Part shown: positions 10,113 through 22,487 of the stretch, piece by piece
How positions within the stretch are numbered: position 1 is the stretch's first letter
Layout: every line of letters starts with the position of its first letter
Translations under genes and position numbers: made by a program
NCBI GenBank assembly: GCA_039630575.1
Contig: JBCNUW010000017.1
Span: forward strand, 1 to 43,020
Direction of reading: 5' to 3'
DNA: 43,020 bases
Source of the DNA: Candidatus Hydrothermales bacterium
Lineage (GTDB): Bacteria; Hydrothermota; Hydrothermia; Hydrothermales; JAJRUZ01
Notes under the pieces: generated by a model
The model's database searches: none
Seen by the model: the letters and a program-made list of their open reading frames with translations, nothing else
Told to the model about the DNA's origin: nothing

Positions 10113-11240
10113 TCATAACTTATAAACCTTAGATAAAGAAGATGTGATCTTCACAAAAACTTCGTGAGGTATTGTTAATGACCAATCAGCAATGTCATTA
10201 AAATTTATCTCATCTTTTCCTACATTTCCCACAATAATTACCTCATCACCAACTCTTGTTTCTGGTATATGACTTAAATCAACTACACTCAAATCCATAC
10301 TTAATGTTCCAAGTATCTTTGCCCTTTTTTTGTTTACAATAAAATAACCTTTCTCCCATACATTCCTGTTAAGACCTCTGGAATACCCGAAATTCACTAC
10401 TCCTATTTTTGTATTTTTTCTAAGCCTCACATATCCTCCATAGCCTATGTAAGAACCTCTACTAAGTGTTTCTACCTTTAAAATTCTGGATGCTACTTTT
10501 AGGACAGGTTTTAAATTCTTAAAATTTTTAAATGTGGAATTTGGTAAAACACCGTAAAGTAAAAGACCTAATCTGAATGAATTGAAGGGAGAAGAAAGTA
10601 CTTTATCCCTTAAAAGAAGAAAGGAAGCACTGTTAGAAGCATGAATAAATTTAAAAAATTTTTCTTTGTTAGAAAAATTTGTGTTAATGAAATTCAAAAA
10701 TTTTCCTATTTGATCTTCTGTATAACTTTTATCATTCTCTGCCTTTGAAAAATGGGTAAAAATACCAAATCTTTCAATAAATTCACTGTTTAAAAGCTCT
10801 TCAACAAGATTATAAGCTTTTTCCATCGGAACTCCATTTCTTCCAAGACCTGTGTCAATTTCTATCTGAATCCTTGCTTTTTTTTGCAATTTATTAGTAA
10901 ATTTTTTTATATCTTTAATTTGTCCCTTATCCCAAATAGGAAAAACAAATTCCTTTTTTATACATTCAGGGATCTCATTTGTTAAAACTGGGTTAAGAAT
11001 AACTATATTCCCCTCAATCTTTGAATCACTTAATTTAAAAGCCTCATCTAAATCTCCGATACAAAAATTTTTAACTCCCTCCTCGAAAAGTGCCTTTGAA
11101 ACTTCAACTAATCCAACCCCGTAAGCGTCAGTTTTAATTACTGGGAAAAAGGGTAAATTGGTATTTTTTAATATTTGTCTAAGATTATATTTAAGATTCT
11201 TTAGATTTACCTCACAGTATGGGACTTTACTGTTTTCCAT
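10113..11240 (-). CDS. alr: Alanine racemase
   Basis: VIKTDAYG (PLP lysine), IDTGLGRNG, FTHFS, HASNSA, IGYGG (catalytic Tyr), SMD. Confidence 0.9.
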   Translation of the reverse strand: MENSKVPYCEVNLKNLKYNLRQILKNTNLPFFPVIKTDAYGVGLVEVSKALFEEGVKNFCIGDLDEAFKLSDSKIEGNIVILNPVLTNEIPECIKKEFVFPIWDKGQIKDIKKFTNKLQKKARIQIEIDTGLGRNGVPMEKAYNLVEELLNSEFIERFGIFTHFSKAENDKSYTEDQIGKFLNFINTNFSNKEKFFKFIHASNSASFLLLRDKVLSSPFNSFRLGLLLYGVLPNSTFKNFKNLKPVLKVASRILKVETLSRGSYIGYGGYVRLRKNTKIGVVNFGYSRGLNRNVWEKGYFIVNKKRAKILGTLSMDLSVVDLSHIPETRVGDEVIIVGNVGKDEINFNDIADWSLTIPHEVFVKITSSLSKVYKL

Positions 11241-11248
11241 AATTTATA

Positions 11249-12439
11249 TTATGAGGGAAATATGTATTTTTTTTCATATATTTTTTTCTTTATCTTTAAA
11301 AGTAAATCAGACAAGTTTTTTTTCTCTTTTTGTCCAAGAACAACCTTAGGTGATGGTTTTAAGTCAAGAAAATTTATAAATTTACCATCCTTTTTTACCT
11401 CAAAATGTAGATGTGGACCTGTTGAGAGCCCAGTTGAACCAACATAACCAATAATTTCACGCTGTTTAACTTTTTTACCCCTTATTACATAGGGTGCAAG
11501 TCTCTTAAGATGTCCATAACCTGTTCTGTAATTGTTTCTGTGCTTTATTTCTACATAAATCCCATATCCTCCTTTCCAACCTGCATAAACTATCTCACCA
11601 TCGGCAACTGCAAAAACAGGTGTGCCAGCCGGAGCTACATAGTCTATACCAAAATGAGGTCTTACGATCCGTAAAATCGGATGGAATCTCTTTAGTTTAA
11701 ATCTTGAAGAAATTCTTCCAAAGGGAAGAGGCGATCTTAAAAAGTACCTTTCAAGAGAATTTCCTGATGAATCATAATAAGCACCATTAAAGTATATTGC
11801 ATCTTTCTTACCAGTATACTTCCCTTTGTAGAGAATATATAAGATGTTTCCAAAACTTATAAATTCCCCTTCAACACTTTTCTTCTCAAAAAGGACAATA
11901 ATTTCATCATCTTTTCTTACCTCTGTATTGAAATCTATCACCCAAGAAAAACAATCTGCTATAAAATCAGCAAGATAAATACCTCCCTCATAAGGTTCAA
12001 AAGCCTCATATAGATTTTCTTTAATCCTTACAAATATCAAAGCTGTATCAATATCATACTTTTTTCTGATTCTTTTATAATCAAATCCCAAGGACTCATT
12101 GTTTTTTAAAAATTTATTTATAACAAAAGGTGTGTCCCTTCTAATAAAGCTTACCTCTTTTAGTTTTTTGTCTTCATCAAAGAGAAATATAAATTTATCT
12201 CCATCCTTAAGACTTCTTGTGTTTACTTTACTTTCAAAAAACTTAATAAAATAATATCCCTCCGAAACGCTCATAAAAGGGATTTTCCACAGCAATACCC
12301 TTTCAAGAGTTTCACCCTTTGATAACTTGTAACTCACCATAATCTCATAATTTACTGAATTCTTTTTGTCTTTAATTATCTCTTTCTTTTTACAGGATAA
12401 AAAAGCTAAAAATATAACAAAAAATTTAAAGAATTTCAT
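11249..12439 (-). CDS. M23 family peptidoglycan DD-endopeptidase, putative lipoprotein
   Basis: LAFLSC lipobox-like motif; RFHPIL...HFGID and GPHLHFE zinc motifs. Confidence 0.9.
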   Translation of the reverse strand: MKFFKFFVIFLAFLSCKKKEIIKDKKNSVNYEIMVSYKLSKGETLERVLLWKIPFMSVSEGYYFIKFFESKVNTRSLKDGDKFIFLFDEDKKLKEVSFIRRDTPFVINKFLKNNESLGFDYKRIRKKYDIDTALIFVRIKENLYEAFEPYEGGIYLADFIADCFSWVIDFNTEVRKDDEIIVLFEKKSVEGEFISFGNILYILYKGKYTGKKDAIYFNGAYYDSSGNSLERYFLRSPLPFGRISSRFKLKRFHPILRIVRPHFGIDYVAPAGTPVFAVADGEIVYAGWKGGYGIYVEIKHRNNYRTGYGHLKRLAPYVIRGKKVKQREIIGYVGSTGLSTGPHLHFEVKKDGKFINFLDLKPSPKVVLGQKEKKNLSDLLLKIKKKIYEKKYIFPS

Positions 12440-13505
12440 TTATAAAACTAGATACTTCATCTCTAAATCTTTTCCTTGAAAACCTTTGAGCATTTTTTAC
12501 AAGAACATCTTTATCAAATTTCATTTTTTCAAATTTAAGAATTGCTTCAATAAGAGAGTCTTTATCCTGTTTTTCAAAAAATACACCAGTTTCACCTTCA
12601 ACCACAGTATCAAGTGCACCTCCACCCTTAAAGGCAATCACTGGGGTTCCACAGGCGTTAGCCTCAAGTGGAACTATACCAAAATCCTCAAGACCAGGCA
12701 TAATGAGAGCTCTTGCCTTTTGATAAAGTTCTCTCAACTTTTCTTTAGAAACATATCCCAAAAAATTTACCCCCATAAAAGACTTTAACCTTCCTTCTTT
12801 ATAGTCACCTACAACAAAAAGTCTATAACCAAGTTCACTTGTAGCTGAAATAGCAAGATCTAACCTTTTATAATCTCTTATCCTTCCAACAAAAATAAAA
12901 AAATCTTCCTTTTCTTCATTTGATGGCTTAAAAAATTCTGTATCAATTGGTGGATAAATTACTCTTGCCTTTTTGTTAAAATAAAGCTCTATTCTCCTTT
13001 TAGTTTCTCTTGAGTTCGCAATAAAATAATCAACCCTATTTACTGCTGAAAAATTCCAAATCCTGTAGTAATGAAGAACAATATCTTTTAAAATACGAGA
13101 GAAAAATTTTTGTCCTTTTCTATATTCGTGGTAAAAATGAAAAGCATATCTTAGTGGTGTGTGAAAATAGCTGATATGAAGTGAATGAGGAGGTGGTATA
13201 ACACCATGAGCAAAACCGCTTGAGGAACTTATAACAACATCAAAACCACTTAAATCGAACAATTCAACTGCAAGTGGATAAAAAATTGAAAACTCTTTAT
13301 AAAATTTTAAACTGTAAGGAAATGTTTGTATAAAGGATGTTATTACCTTTTTGTTTTTTAATTCTTCTTTTACCTTTTTATAATCAGCAATTAGAGTGTA
13401 TATTGGAGCCTCAGGAAAAATTTCCGATAACTCTTTTAAGACATTCTCTGCTCCACCCCACTGATTTAGGTAATCGTGAACAAGAGCAACCTTCAGTTTC
13501 CTCAT
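12426..13505 (-). CDS. GT4 glycosyltransferase (WbaZ-like)
   Basis: VALVHDYLNQWGGAE, VIYPPID, EDFGIVPLEANACG. Confidence 0.9.
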   Translation of the reverse strand: MRKLKVALVHDYLNQWGGAENVLKELSEIFPEAPIYTLIADYKKVKEELKNKKVITSFIQTFPYSLKFYKEFSIFYPLAVELFDLSGFDVVISSSSGFAHGVIPPPHSLHISYFHTPLRYAFHFYHEYRKGQKFFSRILKDIVLHYYRIWNFSAVNRVDYFIANSRETKRRIELYFNKKARVIYPPIDTEFFKPSNEEKEDFFIFVGRIRDYKRLDLAISATSELGYRLFVVGDYKEGRLKSFMGVNFLGYVSKEKLRELYQKARALIMPGLEDFGIVPLEANACGTPVIAFKGGGALDTVVEGETGVFFEKQDKDSLIEAILKFEKMKFDKDVLVKNAQRFSRKRFRDEVSSFINEIL

Positions 13506-14020
13506 AACTCCCTTTTTAAAGAATCTCTCACCATTTTAAAAAATTCTTTATACTCTTTAGTCCTATAGTCTGGATATGTATAAGGAAAATCCATAAATTC
13601 TCCCTTGCTGAAAAAAAGGGTAACTTCCGCATAAATTCCCTTTCCAAGGTATATCCTATGTGAATAATTTTTTGTGCTTGAAAGTACAATTTTTGAAAGT
13701 TCTACATATCCAGGATCGATATTAACTTTTCTTTTCTCATTATCCAAAAATTTTTTCTCAACCTCTATTGTAAAAAGCTTAAATTCTACAATTTCATCTG
13801 GTTCTCTTAAAGGTTTAAAGGAATAAAATTTCCTTTTTAGATCTTTTCCCATTTCTTCTTCATAATAGTCTGTATGTGAGAAGGAAAAAAGAGAACTTTC
13901 AAACTCTACATCACCAGCTTTTTCTTTTATTATAAAAAGGGCTTCTTTCATTATGTCTTCATCTTTACCTATCATTCCAACAAAAAATTTAACTTTTGGT
14001 GGTTTTTTTAATTTTATCAT
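13502..14020 (-). CDS. DUF4416 family protein
   Basis: TDYYEEEMG, RKVNIDPGY, TKNYSHRIYLGKGIYAE, TYPDY. Confidence 0.85.
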   Translation of the reverse strand: MIKLKKPPKVKFFVGMIGKDEDIMKEALFIIKEKAGDVEFESSLFSFSHTDYYEEEMGKDLKRKFYSFKPLREPDEIVEFKLFTIEVEKKFLDNEKRKVNIDPGYVELSKIVLSSTKNYSHRIYLGKGIYAEVTLFFSKGEFMDFPYTYPDYRTKEYKEFFKMVRDSLKREL

Positions 14021-14047
14021 AATCTTAAAATATAATTAAATATAAAA

Positions 14048-15185
14048 ATGAATAAAAAGATATTTATAATTATAAACTTTTCCCTTATAACTTTTCTCCT
14101 TTTATTTATTTTAACAGGACAAAAAAAATTTTTAATCATAAATTTTTTACTAATCCTCTTCAATATACTCTTTTACAGCAATTTTTTAAAATACTCTTTA
14201 GATCTAAAAAATTCGGAAATTCCAGCACTTATTTTAGATGAAAATGGAATTGTAAAGTATCAAAATAGAGCCCATAAGAATTTATTTGACTATAAAGATA
14301 ACTTAATTGTTGGTAAAAAAGACCCTACAATCTCTGAAGACATTATTAGTTCTATTATTTCAAGAGAAAAAGATGGAATAGATCTATGGGTTAAAACGAA
14401 GAACAAAAAGGGAGAAAATCTTGACATTATTCTTTTTTATTTCAAAAAAAATGGTAAATACATAATCTTGAAAATTCCTATAGGTAAAGGTAATCCTATA
14501 TTTTCAAAATTGATGGAAACTGAAAAACTTGCAAGCCTTGGAAGCATAGCAACTGGATTAGCCCATCAACTCAATACACCTTTGGGAACAATACTACTTA
14601 CAGCTCAGATGCTTAAGGAAGAAACAAATGTAAAAGAAATAAAGGAGGATGTAGAAATTATTGAATCTCAAGTAAAATTCTGTCAAGAAATCGTGCGAAA
14701 AATTTTACTGTTATCCAAACCTTCAGAAGAAGAAGATTCAGAATTTAAACTAGTTGATGTGATTAAAGAAGTAGCTAAAATATTTGAAAAAGTTTTCCAG
14801 AAAAAAAATATAAAATTTAAACTTTTAAAAGAAGACGAAAAGGATATAGTAATTTACGGAAAAAAAAGTGAGATAGAACAGGTATTTTTAAACCTTTTCT
14901 CAAACTCGGTAGATGCTATAGATGGAGAAGGAGAAATAAAAGTCCAAACTTTCGTAACACCCTTTGAGAGAGTTATTATAAAAGTGCAAGATACTGGGAA
15001 GGGAATTCCACCTGAAAACGCAGATAAAATCTTTGAACCCTTTTTTACTACAAAGCCAGCCTTTAAGGGAACAGGTCTTGGTCTATCTATAGTAAAAAGA
15101 ATAGTAGAATCTCACGGTGGAATAGTAAAACTAATAAATGATGGTAGGGGAGCCACATTTGTTATAATATTACCTTTAAGAAAAA

Positions 15186-15193
<8 letters not shown>
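14048..15193 (+). CDS. NtrB-type sensor histidine kinase (2 TM, PAS-like, HisKA, HATPase)
   Basis: EKLASLG...[37 protein letters not shown]. Confidence 0.9.
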
Positions 15194-18581
<3,388 letters not shown>

Positions 18582-18613
18582 ATTAAACAAAATTTATATC
18601 TTATTTTTAATTT

Positions 18614-19195
18614 ATGATTTACTTAATAATTTTTCTTCAAATTACGCCACATATTAAATTATCAAAGGCTTTAGCACCAAATTCTTTTGGTGCACACCTT
18701 ATCCTTGCAGAAGATATAGGAATTATGGGAAATTACAGAAAAAAAATTTCTAAAAGATCTGATTTTGGGATAAACGGCTCATTATTTTTTACTCCCTTTT
18801 TCGGAGTTCAAGGTGATATTAATTTAGTTATTCATGAAAAAGAACCGGATATTCCCTTTAATGCCTCTTTTTACCCACTTTTGAATCTTGGGTTCGGCGA
18901 AAATACAATTTATTTCTCATTTAGTGCCAATTTTTTAATTGATTTTCCATTAGAGCTTGAAGAGGAAAATTTAAAACTTATTCCTTATTTATTAATTGGA
19001 ATCGGTGCGGAGGGTGTTAATTTCGAAGTAAATGATAAGACTCACTCTGAAACCTCCCTTGAAGCTCATGGAAGTATTGGCACAGTTTTCATCTTAACAA
19101 GAAAAATGGCCTTACCATTCGAATTACACTTTTCTGATGAAGAAAAAGGTGTAACAGGATTTTCTTTTTCTATAGGGATTCTGTTTACATATTGA
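18614..19195 (+). CDS. Hypothetical protein, probable small outer-membrane beta-barrel
   Basis: Alternating hydrophobic strands, LIPYLLIGIG, terminal FSIGILFTY beta-signal-like end, short hydrophobic N-terminus. Confidence 0.55.
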   Translation: MIYLIIFLQITPHIKLSKALAPNSFGAHLILAEDIGIMGNYRKKISKRSDFGINGSLFFTPFFGVQGDINLVIHEKEPDIPFNASFYPLLNLGFGENTIYFSFSANFLIDFPLELEEENLKLIPYLLIGIGAEGVNFEVNDKTHSETSLEAHGSIGTVFILTRKMALPFELHFSDEEKGVTGFSFSIGILFTY

Positions 19196-20166
19196 AAAGA
19201 ATTTTATCAGGATTAAGACCAACAGGAAAAGTTCACATAGGAAACTACTTCGGTGCTCTCAAAAACTGGATCAGATTTCAAGATGAGTACAGTTGTTTTT
19301 TTGAAATTGCTGACTTGCATGTTCTAACCACTGATATAAACCAAATTCAAATTCTTAAAAAAAATATAATTGAAACCGCTAAAGATTGGATATCAATAGG
19401 AATTGATCCTGATAAATCTGTAATATTTGTCCAATCGAGTGTTAAAGAACACGCAGAATTTCATTTACTACTTTCAATGATAGTTACTGTGTCAAGACTC
19501 GAGAGAAATCCAACCCTAAAGGAACAAATAAAAGATATTGGTAAAACTGAAGAACTCATTTCCTATGGACACTTAGGTTATCCTGTCCTTCAAACTGCAG
19601 ATATACTCCTTTATAAACCTGAAAAAGTTCCAGTTGGTGAAGATCAGCTACCCCATCTTGAACTTACAAGGGAGCTTGCAAGAAAATTTAATTCTCTTTT
19701 CGGTGAGACATTTCCTATCCCTGAACCTATACTTTCAGAATCACCAAGAATACCTGGAATTGATAAAAGAAAAATGTCAAAATCCTTAAATAATGCCATT
19801 TTTTTATCTGACAGTAAAGAGGAATTAGAGAGTAAAATTAAAAGGGCCTTTACAGACCCACAAAAAATAAAGTTAGGAGATAAAGGTCATCCTGAGGGTT
19901 GTGTAGTTTTTGCTTACCATAATCTTGTAAACTCAGAGGAAGTTCCAGAAATAAAAGAAAATTGTGAATCGGGTAAATTAGGTTGTGTTGAATGTAAAAA
20001 AAAGTGTTCACTAAAAATGAACCTTTTTCTTGAACCGATTAGAGAAAAAAGGAATGAAATTAAAGATAGTAAAGTGAAAGAAATTCTACTTGAGGGAACA
20101 ATAAAAGCCAAGGAAGTAGCAGGAAAAACTATGGAAGAAGTAAGAGAAAAAATGAATCTATGGTAA
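19192..20166 (+). CDS. trpS: Tryptophanyl-tRNA synthetase (Fe-S-motif type)
   Basis: SGLRPTG, HIGN, YPVLQTADIL, VPVGEDQ, KMSKS; C-terminal C-x20-C-x6-C-x2-C. Confidence 0.97.
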   Translation: MKRILSGLRPTGKVHIGNYFGALKNWIRFQDEYSCFFEIADLHVLTTDINQIQILKKNIIETAKDWISIGIDPDKSVIFVQSSVKEHAEFHLLLSMIVTVSRLERNPTLKEQIKDIGKTEELISYGHLGYPVLQTADILLYKPEKVPVGEDQLPHLELTRELARKFNSLFGETFPIPEPILSESPRIPGIDKRKMSKSLNNAIFLSDSKEELESKIKRAFTDPQKIKLGDKGHPEGCVVFAYHNLVNSEEVPEIKENCESGKLGCVECKKKCSLKMNLFLEPIREKRNEIKDSKVKEILLEGTIKAKEVAGKTMEEVREKMNLW

Positions 20167-20169
20167 CAA

Positions 20170-20766
20170 GTGTTTACAGGAATTATTGAAAAAACTGGTG
20201 AAATTGTTGAAATAAGGGAAAAAGGTAGTGGTAAGGAAATAGTAGTAAAAATTAAAAATACTAATCTTAAACCGGGAGAAAGTGTAAGTATTGATGGTGT
20301 ATGTTTGACAGTTGAAAAAGTTTTGAATGAAGAATTTGTATTTTATATTTCTGAGAAAACCTTAAGGGATACAAAATTTGGTAAAGTTTTAAAAAAGAAA
20401 ATGGTTGTCAATGTTGAAGAGCCTCTTACTCTTTCAAAGTACATTGGTGGACACCTAATTCAAGGTCATGTAGATTTTTATACAAAGATTAGAAAAATAA
20501 AAAAATTTCAATCTGAGTTTGAATTTGAATTTGAATTGAAAAAAGAATTTAGTAAATACATATTTAAAAAAGCCTCAATTGCAATTGACGGAATCTCATT
20601 AACAATTCAAGATGTTAATAAAAATTCTTTTAAAGTTATGATTATACCTCATACCTACAATATGACAAATTTAAAATTTAAAAAAAACGGAGATTTTGTT
20701 AATGTAGAATGTGATTTTATAATAAAGGGAGTTATAAATTATATTCAAAATAAAAGGATCAATTAA
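20170..20766 (+). CDS. ribE: Riboflavin synthase (alpha chain)
   Basis: MFTGII, DGVCLTV, GGHLIQGHVD, DGISLT, IIPHT, VNVECD. Confidence 0.96.
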   Translation: MFTGIIEKTGEIVEIREKGSGKEIVVKIKNTNLKPGESVSIDGVCLTVEKVLNEEFVFYISEKTLRDTKFGKVLKKKMVVNVEEPLTLSKYIGGHLIQGHVDFYTKIRKIKKFQSEFEFEFELKKEFSKYIFKKASIAIDGISLTIQDVNKNSFKVMIIPHTYNMTNLKFKKNGDFVNVECDFIIKGVINYIQNKRIN

Positions 20767-20769
20767 AAA

Positions 20770-20868
20770 TCATTTAGCCTTCTCAAGAATCTTTTTTATA
20801 CAGAATGAGACAAGTGAGATCACAAGAGACCACCCAAAGATTAAAAAAATCCACCCTCCTAAGGTCAT
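20770..20868 (-). CDS. 32-aa single-TM peptide, MetS-like small subunit of the NSS transporter
   Basis: Not in the ORF track. MTLGGWIFLIFGWSLVISLVSFCIKKILEKAK*. ATGA overlap with the transporter stop codon and a GGGGAG SD upstream. Confidence 0.75.
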   Translation of the reverse strand: MTLGGWIFLIFGWSLVISLVSFCIKKILEKAK

Positions 20869-22403
20869 GATTTTTCTCCCCTTTTAAAGGCAAGATAAAC
20901 AAGAAAACTTGAGAATAAAAAGAAAGAAAGAATAAAAATCCTTGCAATCCATTTTCCTATTGAAGTTTCTTGAAATACAGTACCTATATTTTGAAAAATC
21001 CAAGTAGTAAATATAATAATGAGAATTATTGGGGTTACATATTTTAATATGTAATAAAAAATTCTCGGAATTTTAATATCAGCACCTCTATTTATCTCCT
21101 CCCAAGCTCTATTAGGACCAAATATCCATACAAAAATTATAGTCTCAACAAGTGCAAAAAAAGTAATAAAGAAAGTACCAACCCAGAAATCAAGTTCATC
21201 AAGAAAACCTTTAATAAAAATTGAAAAATTGGCAAAAGTGAATATAAAAGCAAAAACTAATAAAACAGCCTTTGATCTTTTAATTTTAAACTCATCTTCA
21301 AGAAAAGCTATGGCTGGCTGTGTTAAGGCAAGTGACGATGTTATACCAGCAAAAAAAAGTAAGGAAAACCAAAGAAAACCAAAAATAAAGCCAAGTGGCA
21401 AAAAAGAAAATATAGCAGGAACTGAAACAAATGCCAAATTAAAAGCTCCAGAATGGGCTATTTCTTTAGCATTTGCAAGACCAAAAAAAGCAACAGCAGC
21501 AGGTATTGCAATAGAACCACCAAGAACCACTTCAGCAAACTCATTTAAAGAAGCTGTTGACAATCCAGAAAGAGCTATATCATCCTTTTCTCTAAGGTAA
21601 CTAGCATAGGTTAGAATTGCTCCCATTCCCACACTTAAAGTAAAGAAAATCTGACCTGCTGCTGCAAGCCAAACGTTAGGATTTAAAAGAGAAGAAAAAT
21701 CAGGATTCCACAGAAATCCAAGACCATCTAAAACAGAAGTTTCAGGATCAACAGGCGAACCAAGTGTCAATACCCTTATAAGAAGAATTAAAGCAAATAT
21801 AAAAAGAGTAGGCATAGCAAATTTAGCAAAAATCTCTATTCCAGCTGATATACCTTTAGCTAAAACAAAGAAATTTAAACAAAGTGTAAAAAGAAAAATT
21901 ATATAAGAAAAAACTGAAGGTTTTAAAAAAATTGTAGGATCATCGTTAAATCCTGCATAATTGGAAAGAAAACCTCCAAAAACACTATTTATCTGTTCAA
22001 AACTCTCACCTTCTTTAACTTTTGGTAACTTTCCTAAAAGGGATAAAATAGCATAACCCAGAGTCCATGATTCAATGTAAACATAATAGATTACAATAGC
22101 AATAGGACCTGCTAGCCCAATTACTCCAAGATATTTTGCAATTCTATTTCTCCACAGTTTATCAAACATTCCAGGAGAGGTTCCATGCCCAAATTTTCCT
22201 CCGTATCTACCTATTGCCCATTCTACCCACATAAGAGGTATTCCAAGGAGTAAGAGAGAAACAAAATAAGGTATCATGAAGGCACCACCGCCATTTTTTG
22301 CTGCCTGAACAGGAAACCTCAAAAAATTTCCAAGTCCGATAGCATTTCCGGCCATTGCTAAAATTAAACCAATTCTTGTCGACCACCTATCTCTTTTGTT
22401 CAT
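20865..22403 (-). CDS. Sodium-dependent NSS/SNF family amino-acid transporter, close LeuT homologue
   Basis: RDRWSTRIGLILAMAGNAIGLGNFLRFP, GGGAFMIPY, YYVYIESW, GQIFFTLSVGMG, NEFAEVVLGGS. I prefer ATG 22403 over the track's 22439, because that TTG is part of the -35 box. Confidence 0.95.
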   Translation of the reverse strand: MNKRDRWSTRIGLILAMAGNAIGLGNFLRFPVQAAKNGGGAFMIPYFVSLLLLGIPLMWVEWAIGRYGGKFGHGTSPGMFDKLWRNRIAKYLGVIGLAGPIAIVIYYVYIESWTLGYAILSLLGKLPKVKEGESFEQINSVFGGFLSNYAGFNDDPTIFLKPSVFSYIIFLFTLCLNFFVLAKGISAGIEIFAKFAMPTLFIFALILLIRVLTLGSPVDPETSVLDGLGFLWNPDFSSLLNPNVWLAAAGQIFFTLSVGMGAILTYASYLREKDDIALSGLSTASLNEFAEVVLGGSIAIPAAVAFFGLANAKEIAHSGAFNLAFVSVPAIFSFLPLGFIFGFLWFSLLFFAGITSSLALTQPAIAFLEDEFKIKRSKAVLLVFAFIFTFANFSIFIKGFLDELDFWVGTFFITFFALVETIIFVWIFGPNRAWEEINRGADIKIPRIFYYILKYVTPIILIIIFTTWIFQNIGTVFQETSIGKWIARIFILSFFLFSSFLVYLAFKRGEKS

Positions 22404-22409
22404 AGTTTT

Positions 22410-22439
22410 AATATACAAAAAACTATAACCTAATCTCAA
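22410..22439 (-). promoter_or_regulatory. Putative leaderless promoter of the NSS transporter
   Basis: Minus strand TTGAGA (22439-34), 18 bp, TATATT (22415-10), 6 nt, ATG. Confidence 0.55.
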
Positions 22440-22487
22440 AAATTAATTGATTTAAAATTCCATGTTATTTTATATTACCTTTTTCAA

